Source of the DNA: Ruditapes philippinarum
Lineage: Eukaryota
DNA: 64,000 bases
Assembly (NCBI RefSeq): GCF_026571515.1
Contig: NW_026858509.1
Span: 248,001 to 312,000 of the forward strand
Direction of reading: 5' to 3'
Shown here: positions 28,101-40,100 of the stretch, piece after piece
Layout of the letters: each line of letters starts with the position of its first letter
Numbering within the stretch: position 1 is the first letter of the stretch
Made by a program: the position numbers and the translations under genes
The notes under the pieces: model-generated
Databases searched by the model: none
Seen by the model: the letters and a program-made list of their open reading frames with translations, nothing else
What the model was told of the DNA's origin: nothing

Positions 28101-31100
28101 CTCAGACAGTCTCGCGCTTGGACCCACTGCCTAGCTAGGGAACGCTCGTGCCATTGTGGTGGAAACACAGTCTTGTCGCTACAGTCTATCATGAATCCCT
28201 ATATTGATGTAGATCAAGTTTGCAAGTAAGAGTTACAAATGTTGTTTGTGTCCCGTACCATGAATATTTTTAGTTATTTTGCTTATTGATTTTTGCATAA
28301 TTTTCCAATAACTTTTTTCTTATTGTTGCTATCAAATTCACTATTAAGCTATTGTGTAAATTCATTATTATCTTATTAATTTATAGTTAGAAAATAAGAA
28401 TATTTATGACTTTAATTTTCATTTGCTCTCACATCATTTTGCTTTGAAACGACTTTTAGTGTGTTAATTTTTCTGCCTGCATTTTTAGAGATTTAAAATA
28501 TTATATATGAGAACTGCTTTCAGGCAAGTTAAATCTGCATATGATATATCAATGAGCATAGACTGGGACAAATGTTCAGCCGAGGAACATGCATATGTAA
28601 AATTAAATATGGCCGTAGCTCACTCCAGAATCAGCGGTACCTGTAAAGGTAAGACAAATTTTACATTTCATTGCTTTAAAGTGGTTTATTTTATGATAAC
28701 CAGCGACATTTCTTGTATATGCATACAGTACAGATATTGTAATTGTTAACTCACTAACTATAATGTATGGAATCATATACATGTACTGCTTTTCACAAAA
28801 TGTTGAAAAACTGTCACATGTCACATTGAAGAATCTATGATTACCACTATACAATTGCACACATGTGGATCGGATGTTAAATTCTTATATGTTTGATATT
28901 ATGTTTTCTACATGATATTCTGATAAAATGTTTTCATTTCAATGTGATATTTTTTTTTTAACCAAACATTGTCCGATTAATTAAGGCTGCTTCCTTAACT
29001 GGACAATCATTGTTATCTATTTCCTCAATCAAATTTGGATTTGAGACTATATTGCTTTATTATTGTGGTGCTTTTGTTTTGTATATGAACAATTACATCA
29101 ACCTATGTTTTTTAGCTCATCTGTTTCAAAGAAAAGTCATGCTACTATGATTGCTGTGTCATCTTTATCTTTGCTGTTGTTGTTGTCATTGTGCAAAAAC
29201 TTTAATGTAGCCCATTATTCTCATGTTAAAAGATATCAACACCAAACTTGGAATTTTTACTTATCATAACAAGGTGCATTTGTTAAACAAGGGGCATTAT
29301 TGTGAAAACTATATTCTTAAGAGTTATCCCCCTTTTTAACTTAAAATTTTTGTCAAAATTTGTTATTGATATTCATTTCTCTTACCAGACCAGCATTAAC
29401 AGGGCATGTGGTGCTCTTGTTTTTTTTCAGAGGCTGGTTGTCCAAAATATGAGTCGTTGTCCGACAAAATCCTGGACACCTGTACAGAGGGAACCTGTGC
29501 TGATAATGAGGGATTATGTAAGGAAGGATTTTCTTGCTGCGACTACGACTGTGGGGCATTATGTTTTGAACTGGAAAACAAACCAGATAATGATGATGAT
29601 ACTGTACCTGCTAAAGGTGAGGTTTTAATTGCTAGTGCGTTAGCATTTGTGGTTAGAGAAACATTTATGTTTTTGAATTTGGGTAGGGCAAGGGAAAAGT
29701 TGTACTTGGAGAAATGGAATGATAGAAAGATGTCTGTGTGCATAGCACTATAGTTACTATACATTAATGCAAGTCATGTCTTTATGAAAGGGCTTTCTTT
29801 ACACTTGAATAAGCTCTTTGATTTATTTCTTCTTTGAGTACGTAAGTATATTTCACAATATTTAAGGTCAGCTCAGCTTAAAACCATTTTATATTTATTT
29901 GATAGAAATGTTTTAAGGTTGCTGAATCATTAACTTACCAGTCACCACTTTTGGTTTGAATAATTTCAGCCATATTGAATTCTTTCAAGATAGAAAACTA
30001 TCCTGACAATTTACGAGATATGTTTGATTCTACTAAGATATGAAACATTGCTATTCATAGAGGAATTAAGTTTATCCATCTTCTTGTTAAGCTTGAAAGT
30101 TTCTGCATGATCTTAACATTGTTCATTTGACTGGAAGCCTAATATTGGAAGAAATTATTACAATATTTTTTATGATATTTACAGACAAGGATGGTTTTTG
30201 TCCTCTCCCTGACAAGGTGCTGGAATTTGGTGTTTGTATGACTGAATGTGATGCCGATTCTGACTGTGAAGGTGTGAAGAAATGTTGTAAAAATTCATGT
30301 GGTGGTGGCATATGTGTTGATCCTGTATCAGAAGATCCTAAGAAAAGTAAGTTGTTTATGCTATACATGTATTAAAAAAAAGGAAAAAAAAATTTTGTTT
30401 AGTAATCTCCACCCTACCCCAAGTTGTTTATGCTATACATGTAGTAAACAAAAGAAGAAAATAGTTTTGTTTAGGACTCTTCACCTTACCCAACCCCATC
30501 AAAAAAAGAAGAAAAAAAGGAGCTGTTCAGGTCTTTAGAAATACAAGTAAAGTCTTTTTGAAGAAGTCAGGCTTTCAAAGCAATAGCCATTTTAGTTTTA
30601 TTTACATGTATATATTATAGCTATTTAAAAGTTATATATCAATGAAAAATTATTGGAAGAAAACAAAACATCTTAAAAAATTTGAAAATTACACTGCCTT
30701 ATACAGAATTATCAACTTTTTAAGTATTTCATCATAGATTAAAGTACATATAAATAAGTCTATCTTACTCAAAGGCAATTTCAGATTTTTTATTATGAAA
30801 ATTTTTCTGAGACTTCTGAAAATTACTGTAAAACTTGCTCTAAATTAGTTATATGTTGAATGAACTTTCAGAGAAGGATGGTTTCTGTCCACCTAAAGTA
30901 GAGGGAGAAATAGGGATATGTCAGTTTGAGTGTGACTATGATAGTGAATGTTCTGGTACCAAGAAATGTTGTGAGGCAGGATGTGGCCCAGGCCGGTGCC
31001 TGGAACCAGTAGACTTTGAACCAGGTAATTAGCCCCCAAATGAATAAGCACATAGAAATAAAATACTATGAAAATATATTAATAGTTCAAGAATTTCAAA

Positions 31101-34100
31101 TGTTTTGAAAGTTTGACAAATCTATTCAAGAAATTCAGCAAGCAAATGGTTGAATTTGATATCTTTTCATAAGTACTCTGTTGTCAAGAAGGTAAATATA
31201 TTTTTATATATTTTTTTTATAAATTTAACTGTTTAGCGATATCCAATTTCATCTCTATTTTTAGCACTGTGTAAAGATGGTTCAGAACCTGTTAAGTGTT
31301 TTGCAAGTCCATGCAGCGTGACGAAATGTTCAAACATACCAGATGTTGAATGTGTGTAAGTATATTTATGAGATATGGGGTCTGAATGAGTCTTTCCGTT
31401 AGCTGTTCAATAATGTCAGTTTCTCTATATCTGTAATAATGTCAGTTTCTCTATATCTGTAATAATGTCAGTTTCTCTATATCTGTAATAATGTCAGTTT
31501 CTCTATATCTGTAATAATGTCAGTTTCTCTATATCTGTAATAATGTCAGTTTCTCTATATCTGTAATAATGTCAGTTTTTCTATATAAATGAAAAAATAA
31601 TCTGTTAAGGGAACAAAAGCAAGCAATCAGTTCCTTGTCAGTCAGTGTGTCTGAGTCGGAGTTCTATCCCTATCTATATCTAAACACTAATACGCAACAC
31701 AAAACTTTGTCTTCCATTAACAAACCAATAAATGTAGACAGCTGAGTTTTGTTTGTTTTTTTACCTGTGATAAAAAATACTTACAATACAATTAATTTAC
31801 TCGAAAGAGTAAGTCATGGGTATGGGGATAGTTTGATATTTATTGAACAATGTGTAAATCATTTTAAAATACTGTTTCATTTCTTGTAATTCAGAGATAA
31901 CTACTGTAATGGATGCCATGCTCAGTTTATATTGGATGGTAAAGATGTTACCTCCATGTGTGAAGATGATGGTAAGTAACCAAGTTTATTTGTATTCCCA
32001 CAAACAAAATAAACTGACAAGATGTTATTTAGGAAAAATACTTTGCTTGTTATTTGTTGGTAACATAATTATAAAACCTTTCTTTATTTATTATATAATC
32101 ACCTTCGTGCAGTAATGTATTAACTCCTATTATAATTTAATAGGAGTTAAACTGCTACTGCACTAAGGTGACAATGTAATGGCTTGTTAATCTTCTTAAT
32201 TTTATGTGGATACATGTACATATATGCTATTCAATTGCTGCACAGTTGCAGCCCTTTAATCGGAGATGTACACAGTTACTTCCCTTGAAGTTTTACAGCT
32301 TAGCAATAGTTACCCTTAGCTTTGTGAAATAATGTGAAATGACTGTGTTCGTGAGGTTAACTTATGAAAATGACTGTGTATTTAGGAAAACGCTGTGAAA
32401 TGACAATACTATTTAGATTAACCAGTGAAATGACTATGTATCTCTTGATAAACCATGTGACTAGATAAACCATGTGAAATGATAGTACTATTTAGATTAA
32501 CCATGTCAAATGACACTACTATTTAGATTTAACCATGTGAAATGACAGCACTAATTTAGATAAACCAAGTGAAGTGACTGTACTATTAGATTAACCATAT
32601 GAAATGACTATTTATCTTTAGAAAAACCATGTGAAATGGAGGTTGATGTTGGTACTGAAGAGAATTGTGATAAGGAGAAAATGGTGGGACGTTATTTCTT
32701 CAACAAAGATACATCCAAATGTGAGAAATTCAACTACACAGGTTGTGGTGGAAACAAGAATAACTTTATGGAATTACAAGAATGTAGAATAAGCTGTAAG
32801 TTTTTTGTTGAGTAAAACTTTTATATCATATTGGAATTATTAGCACATATATTTACATGTATGTTTATGCCTTTTGTAATATGTTTTTATCTTTTACTAT
32901 GATTTAATACTGTATGGTAGAACAAAACTAAACCAATTTGAGCACTCACTGTCACACATTTTCATTTCTAAATGCATTCTCATAAATCATCTATTCTGAT
33001 GGTTTATTTCCTTCTACATGTAAGACATAGGTTGTTTTTTTGTTTTTTTTGATGGAGTGATGAAGGTATCTGAATTCAAATCACTTCCTTCTTACAGCTG
33101 TAATCTAGATTCTATTAGGAACTTTGAATTTGGGCAAGCAAGTTTCTTTCTTTTGATAAAATTAAACGTTTTCACTAAAGTTAATGACAGTATTATTTCT
33201 ACTTAGAATAAAAGAGAGAAAAAAGGCATTTAATTTTTTCTTTGATGGGCATTTGTAAAACCATCATATTATTTTTGAAGGTTTTAAAATCTTAAATTCT
33301 TATTGAATAAAGAACAGATAATCATTACTTCATAACCTCAAGGGATCTTTATAAAAACGTTTTCATTTTGACAATTGTAGATTTGAGCATTTTATCATTT
33401 GACAATTCTGTAATTTGTCCCTTAACCCATTACGCGATATACACGCTGAAAAAATGCCTAATTTAGGCCCCCAACACCTGTTTTTGTTTGAGAAATGTTG
33501 TTAAAAAAAGTGGCAACTTTTCTGTTTGGGGGTTTGAAGGGGGGCGGAGTCCCCCTCATCGCCAAGAAAATTTTGGACTTGTGAGAGGCTATGAATGACC
33601 CCAGATTGATCATAAGGTAACGTGTAACCAACATTGAAAAGTGTCTGACTCTAATTCAATCCATTGAGAAGTTGCAGCTTTTTGAAATCAATTTTGATGG
33701 AAAAAATCAACGCAAAATAGTGATTTTTGGCAATTTTGAGATGTCCCCTCGTTGCCATGGTAAAAGAAAATTTAAGCCTGAGCATGTTGTTGAAAGGGCA
33801 ATGGTCCAGTCAACATTTGTGCCAAGTTTGATTAGTGTTGAAGCAGTTTTTATAGTATTATAGTAATTTGAACTTGTAATGGGAGACTTTTCAATGAAAA
33901 CAGCCATTTTTCACAAAATGCTCACAAAGTAATGGGTTAAAATACAAGAAACATACTGTTAAAAAATATGTTTAAAATCAATATGTTCTTTTATGTTCTT
34001 TGTTTTATCTTTAGGTATGCCGGTTTGTGAACAGGTTGGGAAACAAGAAGGGTTCTGTAATTTAGAAATTCCATCATGGAGCTTCGATGCTGAATCTGAA

Positions 34101-37100
34101 ATGTGTGAGGAGTTCCATTTTAGTGGTTGTGGTGGAAACAAAAACAGATTTAATTCACAAATGGACTGTCTAGATAAATGTGTCGGAGGTAAAATAATTT
34201 ATTTTCTATGGCAACATATTTCCTCGGTTATTCCCCTTCAGCCCTGCCCCACAAACTTGAAAACAGGATGAATGTTCACTTTTGTGAAGCTAATGAATGA
34301 TAATGTGAAGATTATTACATTTAACTGTGATGTATGTATTTTAAGACTTAAATTAAGTGCTAATGTTTACCGGTAACTAAAAAGCTTAAATTAACTATTA
34401 TGCACATAAACTTTAAAATGATTATACAATTTTCCTACTTTTTCGCTTCCATAACAGTGTTTCTCTTAAAAATGATGCACAATGATATTTCTGAATTAAA
34501 AAAACATAGATTTATCTGGAAGACTATGGGTTAGAAATTTTGTTGTTCATAAGCCATGTTTTGTGATTGTTTTAGTAGTTAAAAATGTTTTGATAAAATT
34601 TCAGAAGAAAAAATGCTTGAAGTTTGTTCAAAGGTGAATGAAACGCTAGTAATGAAGACAGGTGTCTGGAAACATCAACTATCAGGTCTAGTAGGATCGC
34701 TAGTGGATCATCAGTGCAGGTAAAACATTCTTTTTTATTCTTGTAATTTTCAAATGATAGTAATTGCAATGTTAAGTTGGTTACCCATTGAGACAAATAC
34801 TACTATATGGGGCGTCTGTGGCCGAGTGGTTAAGGTATTTGACTTCAAACCACTTGCCTATGACCACTGTAGGTTCCAGCCATGCAAGCGTCTTTGGATT
34901 CTTTCATGTGAGAAAGCTATCGAGCTAGCTACATGTAATATGGAACGTCTGTGGTTCTACTTAGGTGCCCATTTGTGCCTTCCTCCACCTTTAAAGCTTG
35001 GAAGTCACAATATGACCTACACTGTGTTGTTGAACATAAAACATAATGAAGAAAGTACTACTATGTATCCTCATATGACATCAGTACGGGTTAGTTCCAG
35101 AAAAATGACCTGACAGTGATATCAACATTATTTGCAAAAAAAGTTCTTTTACTATCAAGGAACTCCACTTAGGTCCAAAAGCTTAGAAACTTTGAAAAGT
35201 AAACACAAACACTTAAACTTGCATTCATAAATTTATTATAATTTTACTTTACTATTTCTTGTGTTCTCATTGTATTCAGATTTTTCAAAACTGTAAAAGA
35301 ACAGCTACAAATGACCTTGAAATGGTGCTACCTTGAAGGTAAGAGGGAGGAGCTGATGAATGATACCATGAAAATGCTTGGATTTGATTGGACAGTGTGT
35401 ATTGAAGAGGAGGAGCAAGAAGAAAATGGGGAGGTGACTGAGATGGAAATGTGCTACTCTTTTAAGGACATTAAACAGGAATGTTTTATGGAAATAGATC
35501 CTGAAAATGCTGAACAACAGCATTGTGTGTAAGTTGACTGAAATATCTTTTGTTCATTGTTTTATGTAAACATTTGTAATGCTTTTGTATAGTAAAAATA
35601 AGTTTTAAAAAGTTAAACACCAATGAAGAACTTTGATCATGTTTATCATTTTCGCCAAATTTGAAAGTAAGTCTAAAATAAATGTACAACTTAGAATCTT
35701 ACTGAGTATTTTGTAAGATGTTTATCAATCAAGGATGTCACTTTAATTGTACAATTTGTTTTAATGTATTTCAGAGACCTGGAATCTGTGCGAGACTGTA
35801 TTGTGGAGAAAACCAAAAGTTGTAATCTGTTCCAAATGTCGCAGATCAAGTCTCATTTTGAAATGATAGTTCAATACTTGGAGGATGCTGATATAAAGTG
35901 TGATATTACACTCCCAGAACAACAAGATAACCAGTTAAAACCAGTTCAAGAGTGCGTCGAGGCATACTTGCAAACTTTCATCACTGGTCTGGCGGCAGAA
36001 TTTATTCCACTGGGGAAGAACGAAGAGATGTGTACAGCAGCCGGAACTTTCCGGAAATGTATTTACCTCATTAAGAATCTTCCTGTTAGAGGTATTGCAG
36101 ACAAAATGGTTCACATTGCTAGCAAGTTACATCAAGATTTGTGCAAGGATGTGAAAGAAAATGGTGAGTTATTAGATATTTAATGAGATTTTTTTTTCTA
36201 GATAAAACTCCAGCTGGCTTGTGTGGGAGATTTGTGAGTAAGGTCAAATGTTTTTGTTGAAGGTCTGTGGTTGATGTTTAAACACTGCAAACTGTTAAAA
36301 AAATCTATATATAATGTAAGTTAAATACTCAAAAATGCACTATTTGCTGTTTTAAGTACATCTTATATACCTGTTGAGGACCTTGTATGGTGGAGAATAG
36401 TAGAATAGTATATAAGAAATACATTACACCAACTTAATGTTGGTTTTGTGTTTCACCTTACCCTCATTTCTTGTGGAAAAAAAACAACCTGAAATGAAAA
36501 TTTGTATTTTACTTTTAGATATTTATTGTGAGTTAATTAACCCCTTCCTTGATGATGGCTACAGATTCTATCCATGTGACCAATGCAGACAAAAATCTAC
36601 GAACACATTGGTGCCGTCTGATCACTGTCTGAACTGTTCCCAATTTAGTTGATACTTGTTTTGAATTTTTATTGCTAAAAACAATGAATGGTTTTGTCCA
36701 GATTGAAATCAGTTTATGATATTTAGCGTGATAAGTTAAAAAGGTTTTTAATATGAAGCAAATTATTATGTACATATAAGTGTTATGCTTGTTTTCCGAT
36801 CCATATCCATATAATAAATTATTATATTGTGATGTAAAATAATACATGCTTGTAAATTTGTAAAATGAAATATGTTTAAACTAAATGCATGTAAAGTTTT
36901 GTTTTTATTATTTCATATTATATGATCAGTGCATGTTTTACATTTCAATACTGATCCAAATTATTAACAACTTTTTTTATAATATTATTTTGACTTTTGA
37001 TTCATTATGCTTGATTATGTATTTGACAGAGGTACCAGAGAAGGTCACTGCTATAAGCTGTTACACCTGTCACAAAGCAGACAACAATGATGCATGTAAT

Positions 37101-40100
37101 GAAAACACTGAAACTTGTCCATTCAATAAACAGGTAAATATTCACTGCTGATCATAACTGTACAAAAATTTAAAATTGCTGTTCATAGGTAGGTTGAAAG
37201 GTATACAAGATTTTAAGTAAAAGTCTTACATTTTGCCTCTAACATATAGTATGCTCATGTCCTCCTTAAATTTTTAAGAATATAACAAAAAGATTTAGTC
37301 AAGTAATATTTTTCTGGACAACAGTTTATCCATTAAAAAAATTAAAAAGTAATTGTAAAATGACATGATTAATGACATTTTTAACATTAATTAATTAAAT
37401 AATGATTAAGGTAATCACAGAAACATTGATTTATGATTTATGAATGATCAATAAAAGAAAAATTAATCATTTAATAATCATGACGAAAATGAATATCTTT
37501 ACCCCCAAGTCCGGTTTACCAGCATTGCTTTTTGGCACCAGGCTCAAACAAGTTTGTGAAAAGTTGTTTTTTTTATCAAAATAAAAACTGTTGAACTATG
37601 GACAGTTCCATATTCAAAACAATGTAAATCCATTACTTAAATTCACCAGGCTAAGGCCTATATGATAATGAAATAAGTAAATATTCAAAATATTCTTTCA
37701 AACTGGCTAATTGCTGATAATAACGAAAACCTACTCCCTATTTTGTTCTTACAGGCTTGCCTTACGGACATTATGAGAAAAGGTAATGAGACATCAATAA
37801 CAAAGAAATGCATCACCCCAACATCAGCAGACGCAAGGATGAAAGAATGTAAAGGTTCTGGAAACACATTGAAATGCGTTTACTCATGCACGAGTGATCT
37901 CTGTAATAAAGAAGAAGAATACACTGAAGATGATACCCAGCTTCCATTGAGAAAGAAACGTGACATTGTTATTCCTGATGGTAATGTTTTATCGTTGTTG
38001 AAGATTAATTTGTTTAAGAAGTAAACAGTTGAAGGTGCATTGTAGTTTAAACATTATTGATTGCACTTCCTTGTGATGAAAGTTTCAACCTTTTTTAAGA
38101 ACCTTTTTCTCAAGTCTTCTTCCTGAAATTAATCTGTAAAGTAGTGTTGTCATATAAATAAACTTGGCTGTGAACCCAAAGTAGGACTTAAACCCATGAT
38201 CCCAATGATGAGTGGCAGTAATTTTTACAACTAAACCATAGCTATCCTAAAAATATATTTTTGATTGAATATATCCATGTCATTAACAGGTTTTTAAACT
38301 GTGGTGTATATACAGCTGTCTTCTGGGATATATTTAGATCTTGTATTGTATGACATTGCCAAACAATAAAGAAATATTTATTTGAACAAGTAAACATGTG
38401 ACAGTTGCTTTATTGGATGCACAGGCTGGCTTTGCTTTATTGAACAACCAAACAGGCAACAGCTGAAATTTCCATGCTGGCTTGGCTTTATACTGGTATC
38501 AAGGGCTAATCACTTTCTGTTTCAGCAGTGTGCGGATTATAATTATATTCATTGAATGAGTGTTACATAATTGTCTTTTCACAGCTTCAACACAGTGACA
38601 GTTTAGCAATATTCTTCTTTCTTTTACAGTAAATGAGGTCGATAGCTGCATGTATAAGGATGTAGGAATGCTCGCCAAAACTATTGTTACGGAGATATTT
38701 TTCATGCCTTTTAGTCATGTGAATGATTACATGGAATTCTGCGAGTAAATATTATAATTTCTTATTTACTTTAAAAACATTATTATTTGTGGGACACTAT
38801 TTTTTGTGGTTTTCATGGGTATCTCAATCCATGAATTTCAAATCCAACAAATTTAATTTCATCAGCTGTAGAATCATTACATTGTTTGTAGTCTTTTTTT
38901 GAAAAAATTTAAGAAACCACCAAAATGTCTTTTGTGACAAAACAACAAAACTTCATGCCCACGCAATAAAATGAATTTACAGTATTTGACAAAACTTTCC
39001 CTGAAATGGGAGTTTCTCTAGTTGTCTTATGATATCTGTGATGAACAACAACAAGCAACACAAAAACAATAAAGATTTTATGTTGCACACGGAGACATGC
39101 GTACAGAGATGCGTACAGAGAGGCCTTCTATAGAGCAAAAGACATGATAATTACTTCAGAAAAATATTTAACATGTGAAGAGCAGGACAGAGTTTTTGTT
39201 TTTCTTAAATAGTTTTCTTCTGACTGCATTTATAAATCTAAACACGGCATTTGGTATTTACCCTGTCTGTTTGCCTGAACTTATCTTATATGTCTATTTA
39301 ATGAACTGCAGCTAGTTTATACTACTAATTTATGAAGTTCTTTATGTTTGTTAACATGATAATCAACTCTAATATATGAAATGATTTCAGTATGAAGGAG
39401 TCAAAGGGGTCGTAAAGTAATGGAATACAAAGCAAATTGCTCCATTGAGATGACAGAAAGAATCGACACAGTTTCTAAAAGCTTTGCAGACATTTCATAT
39501 ATGTCTTGTCCTCAGCCAATCGTAGACATGGAGGAGGAGCAAGATGATGAGGAGGAGCAAAAGAAAGGAGAAAAGGAGGAGTTAGATGAAAAAGAGGAGG
39601 AGACTGTTTGTTATTGGGAGAAATGTTTTAAGCCAATTGTACCTGTCTTAAAATCTTCGCAGCCGAAATGCATGTGAGTTCATGCTTTAATGCAGTGACT
39701 ATTCATAACATAGAAAATATTAATTAAAGTAATGCAAAAGTGTAAATAATGATTTGAAAACAAAATGTTTTATTCAAATGTTTCAGCATAATGCATTTCA
39801 TACCTATAAATAAGAATATTGAAATCATTTGCAATGTTTTAAGGCCTTGAAATTGTATTCTTTTGACCCATATTGTAGAAAAATTAAATTTGTTCTATAA
39901 TTTTGTTAAGTTTCATATTACGTCTGGCTTTAAAAATATCATATCTTTTGATTGTGTTTTGCAACATGATATTCATTAGGTTGTTTAGTACCCTATGACA
40001 AATTACAAAATAAATTTTTCTTATTTCTCTAAGTTTACTAAATTAACTTTCGAGATTTCTAATTTTCTTTGCTTGTCAAAAATGTCATTTTTATCTAGGT

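Noticed and set aside
28489-28523. Longer 5' end for E28 from the ttttag acceptor
   Set aside because: Gives an in-frame TGA; the 28524 acceptor keeps the frame and module spacing.
31409-31586. CRISPR-like appearance of short regular repeats (also 42-bp and 167-bp arrays)
   Set aside because: Head-to-tail repeats without unique spacers, no cas genes, eukaryotic intron context.
34809-34885. Possible tRNA genes (also ~57970, ~58510-58790, ~60795)
   Set aside because: Only A/B-box remnants, no intact cloverleaf; they are SINE heads or decayed copies.
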